The notes under the pieces: model-generated | What the model was told of the DNA's origin: nothing | What the model saw: the letters and a program-made list of their open reading frames with translations, nothing else | The model's database searches: none | Program-made: the position numbers and the translations under genes | Assembly: GCA_964367895.1 (NCBI GenBank) | Contig: CAYJAS010000001.1 | Location: 2,404-66,403, forward strand | Direction of reading: 5' to 3' | Length of the DNA stretch: 64,000 nt | Source of the DNA: an uncultured Oscillospiraceae bacterium | Lineage (GTDB): Bacteria > Bacillota > Clostridia > Oscillospirales > Butyricicoccaceae | Shown: positions 1 through 8,626 of the stretch, one piece after another | How the letters are laid out: each line of letters begins with the position of its first letter | Position numbering within the stretch: the first letter of the stretch is position 1

Positions 1-600
1 ATCGTCGGTGTCCATATCACGCAATTTGTCAAAGCAAAGTTGTCCCGAGTTCACCGCTTGCGCTGCCGATATCAAATAGGGCGCCCTATATCCGCATCGC
101 AATGGTGCAAGGTCGCTTTCTGTCAGCTGTGCCATTTTATCTGCTGTAGGAAATGCAAATTGCCCATCTGCAAGCGGCTCTCCAAAAAGTTCGCACAGGG
201 TTTTAATTATACTGCTGATGCGCTTGATGTTGTTGCATTGCGAAATTATAAAGGAGCACAACGCCTCCCATGGCTGCTGCGCTAAAATGCGCAAGCCACG
301 GCCGTGTTCTATCGCTTGGCGGGTGAAATCATCGTTTGGAAAGGCATGCGCCACAGCATCATAATCAAAGTCGAGATGTAAAAAATCATGCCATATTTTG
401 TCGAACTCATCTTTTGTGCAGTGGAGACGAAACCCATCTTCGTGCTCATGTATGTACAGATATTTGCCGTACGCCACCCCTTCAAATCCGTTGTCCCCTT
501 TTGGGGTAAAGCGGAAGCATTGTCCGCACTCAAAGGTGTGCTGAAGTGACAGCGACAGCTCGGTTATATCTGTATGCTTTTCCGAATAATTAACTTTCAT
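1..600 (-). CDS. ogg: 8-oxoguanine DNA glycosylase / AP lyase (Ogg, HhH-GPD superfamily); N-terminal 200 codons only, gene runs off the left edge
   Basis: Not in the ORF track because there is no stop in the window. Hand translation of the minus strand from ATG 598-600 stays open to position 1: MKVNYSEKHTDITELSLSLQHTFECGQCFRFTPKGDNGFEGVAYGKYLYIHEHEDGF...GRGLRILAQQPWEALCSFIISQCNNIKRISSIIKTLCELFGE... The FECGQCFR motif and the LRIL-Q-PWE/SFI-SQ-N-I segment are typical of clostridial Ogg. GGAG lies about 6 nt upstream of the ATG. The start overlaps the 3' end of the upstream transporter gene by 11 nt. Confidence 0.8.
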   Translation of the reverse strand, partial: MKVNYSEKHTDITELSLSLQHTFECGQCFRFTPKGDNGFEGVAYGKYLYIHEHEDGFRLHCTKDEFDKIWHDFLHLDFDYDAVAHAFPNDDFTRQAIEHGRGLRILAQQPWEALCSFIISQCNNIKRISSIIKTLCELFGEPLADGQFAFPTADKMAQLTESDLAPLRCGYRAPYLISAAQAVNSGQLCFDKLRDMDTDD

Positions 601-1939
601 TATGTGCTCCATTTGTATTAATCTTTGCTGATTTTTTAAAGAACCAAGGCTTTGTAAAAGCATAAAGCAATGGTACAAGGTAAAGAAAAAAAGCAAACGG
701 CAATGCCGCAGCCGAAACCCCAAGTGCTTCCAGTGGGAAAGCTCCCGAAATTGCCCACGGGAGAAGTCCTGCCAGCAAAACAGAAGAGTTTTCCATATCT
801 ATAGCCAGCTCCGACCTGCTTGCGTCTTGTTTGTCATAAGTCGAAGACATAATTTCTCCACCCATCATAATGGCCACCGTTTGGCTGCAAAAGGCACCGC
901 AGGTGACTATGCCTACTATGGTCATTGTTTGGAAGCGTCCGATTTTCAAGCTGAGCTTGCTCAGTTTTTCCTCTAAATCATCGAGCATGCGTGTTCCTTT
1001 AAAAATGCCGGAGTATGTACCCGAAATGGTAACAATTATAGCAACATTCAACATGGACATTATTCCGCCGCCGTTTAGGATTTGCCCGAGCTGCTCTCCC
1101 TGTGCCTCAAAGCCGAAAAATCCGACCTTTAAAAGTTCAACAATGCCCATGTCTTGTACAAAAAGTGAGCATAGAGCTGCAGTGACTATACTCACCGTCA
1201 TCGCCCAGCCGACCGGGATTTTAAGCATTGGCAAGGCTATCATTAAAACCGCCGGGACGAGCACCCATAGAGAGGCAGAAAACTCTGAGCCGATTAAGTC
1301 CAAAACACTTTGATCTATTTGCTGTATGGGATTTGCAAAGGACAACGCTGCATAAATGCCGATGGTTACAACAGTGGGTAGTGCCGCTGTCTTGTACATC
1401 AGCTTGACATTGTCGTATAACGTCGACCGTGTCACGGCGGCTATAAGGTTTGCCGAACCGCTTACCGCCGAACATCGGTCGCCAAAATATGCTCCCGAGA
1501 TTACAGCGCCTGCCGTAATGATCTCACTTACTCCCCCACTTCGGGCGAGTGCCATAAAAATCACTCCAACGCTACTTACCACCCCAAAACAGGTTCCGAG
1601 TGCAATCGACAGCACGGCGCACAAGACAAATGCCGCCAAAATAAAAATAGATGGGGTAATAAAGCTCATTCCGTCTGTGACAAAAAAAGCGATGGTGCCG
1701 CTTGAACGCCAAAAAGCGGTCAGTAGGCCGATTAAAACAAGTATTTTCAGTACAAAAATCGAAGTTTTTGCACTTTTGAGCGCCATTCTGATTAAATCAC
1801 CGAGAAAAAAGCCCCTATGCATGCCGACCGCTATAAAAGATATAAGCCCGATAAGCAGTGCAAAGGCAATTTGAAAGTCAAAAATTACCGTTGTGATTAT
1901 TGATACAAGAAAAACGCAAAACGCAAGTAGCAAATCCAT
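590..1939 (-). CDS. NhaC-family antiporter-type membrane transporter (paralog 1)
   Basis: 449-aa polytopic membrane ORF. ISGAYFGDRCSAVSGSANL matches ISGAYFGDKLSPLSDTTNL of the second NhaC-like ORF at 55570-57075. Substrate not inferable. Confidence 0.8.
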   Translation of the reverse strand: MDLLLAFCVFLVSIITTVIFDFQIAFALLIGLISFIAVGMHRGFFLGDLIRMALKSAKTSIFVLKILVLIGLLTAFWRSSGTIAFFVTDGMSFITPSIFILAAFVLCAVLSIALGTCFGVVSSVGVIFMALARSGGVSEIITAGAVISGAYFGDRCSAVSGSANLIAAVTRSTLYDNVKLMYKTAALPTVVTIGIYAALSFANPIQQIDQSVLDLIGSEFSASLWVLVPAVLMIALPMLKIPVGWAMTVSIVTAALCSLFVQDMGIVELLKVGFFGFEAQGEQLGQILNGGGIMSMLNVAIIVTISGTYSGIFKGTRMLDDLEEKLSKLSLKIGRFQTMTIVGIVTCGAFCSQTVAIMMGGEIMSSTYDKQDASRSELAIDMENSSVLLAGLLPWAISGAFPLEALGVSAAALPFAFFLYLVPLLYAFTKPWFFKKSAKINTNGAHNES

Positions 1940-1980
1940 TAATATAATTCCCTAATTTCCTTTGTCATTGTTTGCAAATG

Positions 1981-2484
1981 CTATTTGCCATATGTATTGA
2001 GCATTTCCTCTGCAATTGTATCATCTTCTTCGACCCAATCGCTGACAGAATAAATGGTAAACTCATCGCGTGTTTTACGGCATATAACCGTTTCAATGCC
2101 GGCATTGATTATCAATCTGCGGCACATATTACATGGTGACACCGTTCCTACAATTTCACCTGTGCGAGCGTCTTTCATAGCAAGGTAAATGGTTGCACCC
2201 TGCATCTCCTCACGTGAGGCGGCGATAATGCAGTTTGCCTCTGCATGCACACTTCTACAGATTTCATATCGCTGTCCGTGTGCGACCTTTAACTGCTCTC
2301 GCCTACAGGTGCCAAGGTCGGTACAGTTTGCCCTTCCTCTCGGTGCACCGGCATAGCCTGTTGAAACAATAACATCGTCCTTGACCAAAACTGCACCTAC
2401 TGCTCTGCGCAAGCAAGTTCCCCTCTCAAGCACCGTTTCGGCAATGTCAAGATAATAATTGGTTTTGTCACGCCTTTTCATCAT
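1981..2484 (-). CDS. comEB: dCMP deaminase (ComEB-type cytidine/deoxycytidylate deaminase)
   Basis: 167 aa with zinc-binding deaminase motifs HAEANCI and PCNMCRRLI. Starts 4 nt after the stop of the ABC ATPase gene. Confidence 0.85.
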   Translation of the reverse strand: MMKRRDKTNYYLDIAETVLERGTCLRRAVGAVLVKDDVIVSTGYAGAPRGRANCTDLGTCRREQLKVAHGQRYEICRSVHAEANCIIAASREEMQGATIYLAMKDARTGEIVGTVSPCNMCRRLIINAGIETVICRKTRDEFTIYSVSDWVEEDDTIAEEMLNTYGK

Positions 2485-2487
2485 AAT

Positions 2488-3156
2488 TTACACCTCTCTT
2501 GTCAAAATCCCATCTTGTATTTTATAAATTTCATGCGCACATGCGGCGACAGCTTTGTCGTGTGTTATAAGCATGACCGTTTTACCGCTCTTGTTCAGAG
2601 CTGTAATAATGTTCATGATTTCATACCCGGACACACTGTCTAAATTGCCCGTCGGCTCGTCGGCAAGTATCAGCTTTGGGTCGGCGGCCAGCACCCGTGC
2701 AATTGCAACACGCTGTTGTTGTCCACCCGACAGCTCACTTGGTCTATGGGAAAGCCTGTTTCCCAGTCCGACCAGTTCGAGTGCCGCTTTGGCGCATTGC
2801 CTGCGCCTTATACGCTGTTCTCCCCGAAGTAGCAACGGAAGCTCCACGTTTTCCAGTGCCGACATTGAGCAAATCAAATTAAAGCTCTGAAAAATAAAGC
2901 CAATATCACCGTTGCGTACCGCCGCCGCCTTACTGCTGCCCAACTTTCCGATAGTTTTACCATCCAAACGGTAAGTGCCGGAGCTTGGAAGGTCAAGACA
3001 GCCAACGATGTTCATCAAGGTGGTTTTCCCACTGCCCGAAGGGCCGATAATCGAACAAAATGCCCCCTCTTTCAGGTGCAAATTGACACCGTAAAGGGCG
3101 GCAAGCTTGCCCTCTCCTTTGCCGTAAATCTTGCTTACATTGTCTAAAACTACCAA
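2488..3156 (-). CDS. ABC transporter ATP-binding protein (MacB/LolD/FtsE-like ATPase), no permease adjacent
   Basis: Walker [10 protein letters not shown], signature [15 protein letters not shown], Walker [16 protein letters not shown] start preceded by GAGGA at about 5 nt. Confidence 0.9.
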   Translation of the reverse strand: MVVLDNVSKIYGKGEGKLAALYGVNLHLKEGAFCSIIGPSGSGKTTLMNIVGCLDLPSSGTYRLDGKTIGKLGSSKAAAVRNGDIGFIFQSFNLICSMSALENVELPLLLRGEQRIRRRQCAKAALELVGLGNRLSHRPSELSGGQQQRVAIARVLAADPKLILADEPTGNLDSVSGYEIMNIITALNKSGKTVMLITHDKAVAACAHEIYKIQDGILTREV

Positions 3157-3446
3157 GACAAATCCTCACTTTATATTTAATAAGTATATCATGTATTGTG
3201 TGCCTTTTCAACCTTGTAATACAAAGGTTATTTATATTTTTATTGCTGTTGATTTTTATAAGTTTAAGTGATAAAATAAACACATCACATAAATAAATAC
3301 GGGCGATTGTTCCATGTGTTTATTTTAAAATGCCCACTTTCTCGCCACACAAGTGGCAACCGAAAGTGATGGCGAATTTTATCACAAATGCTTTGCATTT
3401 ATGATAAAATGTAATAAGATATTATAGAAAACGGAGGAAAGAAAAA

Positions 3447-4577
3447 ATGCAATTTGTTGATTTCAAACATGACGGAAAAAAAGTTTCTCGCTTTGGCCTG
3501 GGATGTATGAGATTTCCCAAAACTACCGATGCCGAGGGCAAGGACATCATTGACGAGCCTGCAGCGATAGAGCTCATTCGTGCGGCTATTGACGGTGGCG
3601 TAAACTATATTGATACTGCATATTTTTATCCCGGCAGTGAAGTTGTCGTCGGCAAGGCACTCAAAGACGGTTACCGTGAAAAGGTAATACTCGCCACAAA
3701 GCTTCCGGCGGGCCTTTTGACATGTAAGGAAGATCTACAAAAGTTTTATGAGGAGGAGCTTGAGCGCCTGCAGGTCGATTACATAGATGTTTACTTTTTG
3801 CACAACCTCTATAAAGCAAACTGGGCAAAGGTTTTGCAGTTTGGCGGTATAGAGTTTATGGCAGACCTAAAAAAGCGTGGAAAAATCGGCTATATCGCCG
3901 TTTCCATGCACGAGTATTTTGATCATTTCAAAGAAGTTATGGATCACTTTGATTGGGATCTTGCTATGATTCAGTACAATTACTACGACAAGTTCAATCA
4001 AATGGGTATTGATGGTTTGAAATATGCCTCGGCAAAGGGTATTCCTGTTGTTGCTATGGAGTCACTTCACGGTGGCATGCTATCCACCAATGTTCCGGCT
4101 GAGGTTACGGCGGCGTTCGGCGATTATTTGGCAGACAAATCGGATGCTGAAAAGGCTTTTATGTGGCTTTATAATCAGCCCGAGGTTACCGTCATTTTGA
4201 GCGGTGTTTCCACCATGGAACAGCTTGAAGAAAATCTGCGTATTTTTGAAAATGCACAGTGCGGAATTATCTCTGAAGAGCAGGAAAAATATTTTGACGC
4301 CGCTCGTGATTCTTGGAATAAATTTATCAATATCGAATGTACCGCTTGCGGTTATTGTGTACCATGTCCCGCCGGCGTTGATATTCCCAATGTATTTAAG
4401 ATTTGGAATGACTTTGCAAAAGCGCCCGAACAAAAATGGCTTTACAATGCAATGCTTTTAACGGCCGGCAAAGACGGCTCAAAATGTGTAAGCTGTGGTA
4501 AATGTGTCCCCCACTGTCCGCAACATTTTGACATTCCGCAAAAGCTTGCCGAAGCTCATGAGGCACTTAAACCATAA
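3447..4577 (+). CDS. aldo/keto reductase with C-terminal 4Fe-4S ferredoxin-type domain
   Basis: 376 aa. AKR N-terminal fold (GLGCMRF, IDTAYFY) plus two Cys clusters, CTACGYCVPCP and CVSCGKCVPHCP. RBS GGAGGA upstream of ATG. Confidence 0.85.
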   Translation: MQFVDFKHDGKKVSRFGLGCMRFPKTTDAEGKDIIDEPAAIELIRAAIDGGVNYIDTAYFYPGSEVVVGKALKDGYREKVILATKLPAGLLTCKEDLQKFYEEELERLQVDYIDVYFLHNLYKANWAKVLQFGGIEFMADLKKRGKIGYIAVSMHEYFDHFKEVMDHFDWDLAMIQYNYYDKFNQMGIDGLKYASAKGIPVVAMESLHGGMLSTNVPAEVTAAFGDYLADKSDAEKAFMWLYNQPEVTVILSGVSTMEQLEENLRIFENAQCGIISEEQEKYFDAARDSWNKFINIECTACGYCVPCPAGVDIPNVFKIWNDFAKAPEQKWLYNAMLLTAGKDGSKCVSCGKCVPHCPQHFDIPQKLAEAHEALKP

Positions 4578-4587
4578 CAAAAATAAA

Positions 4588-4620
4588 CACCCACTGACTA
4601 AGTGTCGGTGGGTGCTTTTG
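4588..4620 (+). terminator. rho-independent terminator after the AKR gene
   Basis: cacccactgac-taagt-gtcggtgggtg stem (one G-U) followed by cttttgg. Confidence 0.7.
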
Positions 4621-4760
4621 GAGAGGCCGGCGTAAAAAATCACGCTACCCTTTTAATAAAAAAATAACGGCCTCGCCCGAGGACGGGCGAGATGCCAAAA
4701 AATCTCCATTCTGTCGGAGATTTTAAAAACCATTTGCATTGACACAGAATGGAGATTTTT

Positions 4761-5795
4761 ATGGACTACATCAAAGAGGCGCCGACAGTTTTAAAGGACT
4801 ATCTTGTCTATATGGAAACAATCATGGGGCGCTCACGCCCGTCTGTCAATGAGTATTATCTCGATTTGCGCACTTTTTTCAGATATATTTTGATGTCAAG
4901 AGGGCTTTCGCCCTCTGATTGTGATTTTTCCGAAATCCCAATCACCGCTGTTGACCTACCGCTTGTTCGCTCGATTACACGCACCGAGGTGCTTGATTAT
5001 CTGCTGTTTTTATCCCGTGAACGACCAAAGCATCACAAAAGTGACGAGACCGAATATGGCAATTCTGCACGAACGAGGGCGCGTAAAATTTCCTCTCTGC
5101 GTGGTTTTTATCGTTTTCGCTGTGAAAAGCTTCAAGATGTTGAAAACAACCCGACAAAAACCCTTGACACTCCCAAACAGCGCAAAGAACTGCCCAAATT
5201 TCTCACCGAAAGTGAAAGCCTTAAACTTTTGCAGGCGGTCGGAGAGGGGCCGCACAGCGATCGTGATTATTGCATTTTAACCCTTTTTCTCAACTGCGGT
5301 ATGCGTGTTTCAGAGCTTTGTGGAATCAATCTCGCCGACATTTCCACCGACAATCGCTTGCGTATCAGAGGTAAGGGCGGAAAAGAGCGAATTGTCTACC
5401 TTAACGATGCCTGCACCGAGGCTATCGATACATATTTAAACTCACCCCAAAGGGTTGTGCCAAAAGTGGGCAACAAAAATGCCCTTTTCATCAGTCGACC
5501 GGGCAACAGACTTGGTGTGCAGATGGTCAAAGCCTTGGTCAAAAAATATCTGATGCTCGCCGGTCTTGATGCAAAAGATCTGTCTGTTCACAAATTAAGG
5601 CATACTGCCGCTACACTTATGTATCAAAACGGTGTCGATGTCAGAACTCTTAAAGAGGTGCTCGGCCATGAAAACCTCGACACCACAATGATTTACACCC
5701 ATGTTGTCGATGAAAACTTGCATTTTGCCGCAAAAAACAACCCGCTGAGCGGAGTTAAACGCAAGCCAAGACCAGACGATCCGGATGATGAATAA
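4761..5795 (+). CDS. tyrosine site-specific recombinase, XerC/XerD-like
   Basis: Catalytic set present: R (GMRVSEL), K (GKGGKER), HxxR (HKLRHTAAT), H (LGHENL), Y (MIYTHV). The ORF track starts at 4749. ATG 4761 is preferred because GGAGA (4751-4755) sits 5 nt upstream. Confidence 0.85.
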   Translation: MDYIKEAPTVLKDYLVYMETIMGRSRPSVNEYYLDLRTFFRYILMSRGLSPSDCDFSEIPITAVDLPLVRSITRTEVLDYLLFLSRERPKHHKSDETEYGNSARTRARKISSLRGFYRFRCEKLQDVENNPTKTLDTPKQRKELPKFLTESESLKLLQAVGEGPHSDRDYCILTLFLNCGMRVSELCGINLADISTDNRLRIRGKGGKERIVYLNDACTEAIDTYLNSPQRVVPKVGNKNALFISRPGNRLGVQMVKALVKKYLMLAGLDAKDLSVHKLRHTAATLMYQNGVDVRTLKEVLGHENLDTTMIYTHVVDENLHFAAKNNPLSGVKRKPRPDDPDDE

Positions 5796-5807
5796 TGGAG
5801 GCAGATT

Positions 5808-5990
5808 ATGAAATATTTATGGCAAATCATGGTCATTGTGCAAACGATTTTCGGATTTGGCACAGCGTATAGGATGACCAAAAACGGTGGAGATAACGGA
5901 GTATCGTTGTTTGGTTGGCTATTTGTTACCGAGCTTGCGGCATTAGTTCCGGGATTGGGTCTTTATATGTGGTTTAAATGGAAAGATTAA
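5808..5990 (+). CDS. small hypothetical membrane protein (60 aa, two predicted TM helices)
   Basis: GGAGG 6 nt upstream of ATG, 12 nt after the recombinase stop. Two hydrophobic segments. Followed by a strong terminator. No recognisable family. Confidence 0.5.
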   Translation: MKYLWQIMVIVQTIFGFGTAYRMTKNGGDNGVSLFGWLFVTELAALVPGLGLYMWFKWKD

Positions 5991-6020
5991 TATCTGTATG
6001 AAAAAATAACCCTTACATGC

Positions 6021-6050
6021 AAAAAAGCCGCCCTTTCGGGCGGCTTTTTT
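6021..6050. terminator. bidirectional rho-independent terminator
   Basis: aaaaaagccgccc-tttc-gggcggctttttt: perfect GC stem with A-run and T-run on either side, between convergent genes. Confidence 0.85.
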
Positions 6051-6059
6051 AAGTTTAAA

Positions 6060-8012
6060 CTATTCTGCTTCGGGCTGCTCTGCCTCGCTTGGCGTGCTGT
6101 AAGCCGGCTCAAGAAGGGCACGGATTGACAGCGAAATCTTTTTCTTTTCATCATCAATGCCGATAATCTTAACGTCGACCATCTCGCCGATTTTGACTGC
6201 GTCTTCAGGTTTTGCAATGCGCTTGTCCGAAAGTTGCGAAATGTGAATTAGGCCGTCAACTCCGGGAAGAACTTCTGCAAACACACCAAAGGGCATGTAT
6301 TTGACAATTTTGACATTGGCAACATCGTCAACCTGATAGGTTTCGGTGAACTTTGTCCACGGATTTGCCGATGAATCTTTGTATCCGAGCGAGATTTTTC
6401 TCTTTTCGGTGTCAAAGCCTATGACATAAACCTCGACCTCTTGTCCAATTGTCAAAATCTCTGACGGGTGCTTAATTCTGCTCCACGAAAGCTCTGAGAT
6501 ATGAACCATTCCGTCCACACCACCGATGTCCACAAAGGCACCGTAAGAAGTAAAGGACTTGACAACGCCGTTATAGCGTTTGCCCTCTTCAATGGTCTCC
6601 CAAATCTTTGTCTGAGCTTCTCTGCGTGCTTCACTGGTGACAGCCTTAATAGAACCGACAATGCGGCGGCGCTGGCGGTTTACCTCTGTGATACGCATTT
6701 TGTGTGTTGTCTTCATCATCTCGTCAAAAGATGCATCGCGCGGCAGACCTGTTTGGCTGGCCGGGATAAACACACGGATACCCTTTACAAGTGCGACAAC
6801 GCCACCCTTGTTTTGGTCAATGACAATACCATCCAAAGCCTCTTTAGACTCGACAGCTGCCTCAAGAACCTCCCAGTTCTTTACGGCGTCAAGGCGCTTT
6901 TTGGAGAGCATGATAACTCCCTCAACATCGTTGACACGAACGACAAATGCCTCAATCTCATCGCCTACTTTGATGTTGTCTGCTACGACATAGTTGGGCT
7001 CATCGGAAAGCTCAGTCAGGGGAATATATCCGGCCTGCTTGACGCCCAAGTCGACGGTGATATCGGTCGCATTAATCTGCGTGACGATGCCTGTCACCTT
7101 TTCCCCTGTATGTAAAGTTTTAAGTGATTGCTCTAAGAGTTCTTCAAAGCTTTCCTGTCCGTTTTTCATTTCTTCGCTCATCTTGTGTACTACCTCCTCA
7201 ATTATTAGATCCGGAACCGATGCGCCCGCTGTGATGAAAACACTTTTCGCAGTGCTCGGCTTTGCTGTGTCAAGCATTGCCGCACTCTGAATAAAATGGG
7301 TGTTCGGGCATATCCCTTTGCACAGCTTATAAAGGCTAAGCGAATTGCTGCTGTGCTCATCACCGATGACTATCACCATGTCGGATCTTGCGGCCTGCTG
7401 TTGTGCTTCGGTTTGTCTAACAACGGTCGCATTACACATTGTATCAAATAAACACATGTAATTACAAGTGTTTTTTAATTTTTTTACAAACTCTACATAT
7501 TTTTCTTTGCTAAAAGTGGTCTGACAGACGGCGCAAAAGGGTTTATTTGCAAATTTTACCACAAATTCCTCGATTTTTTCCCATGTGTCTGCCACTGTAA
7601 ATTGCTCATTGCACCTAGAGGCTATTCCCAATACCTCCGGGTGATCGGGTTTGCCTATTATCAAAATATGATTTCCCCGCTCACTCTCATGTTGTACAAT
7701 GTTGTGTATCTTTGTCACAAACGGGCAGGTAGCGTCCACAATCTCACAGTTTTTGCTGTGCAAAAGCTCAAGTTGAGGCAATGTTATGCCATGGGCACGG
7801 ACAACGACGGTCGCTCCGTTTGGAATATTTTGCGGTGTTTCGGCAAAAACACCTAAACTTTCAAGTTGTGCCACGGCAAAAGCGTTGTGTATTATCGGCC
7901 CTGCGGTAAAAACCTTTTTGCTGTTCTGACCTGTTGCCGCCTGCTGCGCCGCTTGCATAGCCCTGCGTACGCCAAAGCAAAACCCCGCATTTTTTGCTAC
8001 CGTTATACTCAT
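6060..8012 (-). CDS. ispH: bifunctional 4-hydroxy-3-methylbut-2-enyl diphosphate reductase (IspH/LytB) fused to ribosomal protein S1-like domains
   Basis: N-terminal ~280 aa carries IspH motifs (GFCFGVRRA, DATCPFV, HPEV). The C-terminal ~360 aa has four S1 OB-fold repeats (e.g. YNGVVKSFTSYGAFVDIGGVDGMVHISELS). This fusion is known in Clostridia. Confidence 0.9.
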   Translation of the reverse strand: MSITVAKNAGFCFGVRRAMQAAQQAATGQNSKKVFTAGPIIHNAFAVAQLESLGVFAETPQNIPNGATVVVRAHGITLPQLELLHSKNCEIVDATCPFVTKIHNIVQHESERGNHILIIGKPDHPEVLGIASRCNEQFTVADTWEKIEEFVVKFANKPFCAVCQTTFSKEKYVEFVKKLKNTCNYMCLFDTMCNATVVRQTEAQQQAARSDMVIVIGDEHSSNSLSLYKLCKGICPNTHFIQSAAMLDTAKPSTAKSVFITAGASVPDLIIEEVVHKMSEEMKNGQESFEELLEQSLKTLHTGEKVTGIVTQINATDITVDLGVKQAGYIPLTELSDEPNYVVADNIKVGDEIEAFVVRVNDVEGVIMLSKKRLDAVKNWEVLEAAVESKEALDGIVIDQNKGGVVALVKGIRVFIPASQTGLPRDASFDEMMKTTHKMRITEVNRQRRRIVGSIKAVTSEARREAQTKIWETIEEGKRYNGVVKSFTSYGAFVDIGGVDGMVHISELSWSRIKHPSEILTIGQEVEVYVIGFDTEKRKISLGYKDSSANPWTKFTETYQVDDVANVKIVKYMPFGVFAEVLPGVDGLIHISQLSDKRIAKPEDAVKIGEMVDVKIIGIDDEKKKISLSIRALLEPAYSTPSEAEQPEAE

Positions 8013-8626
8013 GCCTGTAGTTGTTTTTGCTCGGGATCAAGCTCAAAAACTCGCCTCATTGCATCGTCTGATACCAAACGGTAGTCCTCGGCATCAGGCT
8101 TGTCTCCTCGTGGCTTTGGCATAAAAGCCTCACCTATTATCACTTTTGTAAATCGAAACAGCTTTTTGCCCGGGGTTATGTGTACCGGTACTATCGGGCA
8201 TTTTGAGCGAAGTGCAAACATTCCCACTCCGTTTTTAGCTTGAAGATGCTCACCCTCTTTGCGACGTGTCCCCTCCGGGAACAGCAGCAATTTTTTTCCG
8301 TTCCTGAGTGCACCCAATGCATGCTTGATGGCCGCCAAATCCCCGTTTTCCGCTTTTCGATTTATGGGAACTACCTTTCCATAGCGGAAAAATGCCGCTA
8401 AAATTGGATTTTTAAAAAGCTCTGCCTTACCGATAATGGTATAATTCCCTTTTGGCGAGTTTGAGGCAAAAATTAAAAATACGGCGTCCATCATCGATGT
8501 GTGGTTTGCGCACAATATACATGCCTGATTGGGAATATTTTGCTTGTTGTACACCTTGAACCAAAAAAGTGGTAATAGTATTATATACGCAATTTTATAA
8601 ACTATACTGAAGATGAAGTTAGACAC
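8009..8626 (-). CDS. plsC: 1-acyl-sn-glycerol-3-phosphate acyltransferase
   Basis: HX4D motif NHTSMMD and FPEGTR motif. 205 aa. Overlaps neighbours by 4-8 nt. Confidence 0.85.
   Translation of the reverse strand: MSNFIFSIVYKIAYIILLPLFWFKVYNKQNIPNQACILCANHTSMMDAVFLIFASNSPKGNYTIIGKAELFKNPILAAFFRYGKVVPINRKAENGDLAAIKHALGALRNGKKLLLFPEGTRRKEGEHLQAKNGVGMFALRSKCPIVPVHITPGKKLFRFTKVIIGEAFMPKPRGDKPDAEDYRLVSDDAMRRVFELDPEQKQLQA

Noticed and set aside
40-533. ORF-track entries 40-285 (+) and 309-533 (-) at the left edge
   Set aside because: Both are out-of-frame or antisense shadows of the hand-translated Ogg reading frame (1-600, minus), which has clear family motifs and no stops.
4672-4724. Two hairpins that look like minus-strand rho-independent terminators (ctcgcccg-agga-cgggcgag and aaaatctcc-N8-ggagatttt, followed by T-runs on the minus strand)
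   Set aside because: No minus-strand gene lies upstream of them; xer and the small ORF are plus-strand. The second hairpin is better explained as part of the alternative-pairing arrangement around the recombinase RBS. They are kept only as an alternative explanation in that finding.
4761-5990. Tyrosine recombinase as marker of an integrated mobile element or prophage
   Set aside because: There are no flanking phage, conjugation or transposition genes and no direct repeats or att-like duplications that I could see. Neighbours on both sides are housekeeping genes. The domain layout and size fit a chromosomal Xer-type recombinase.
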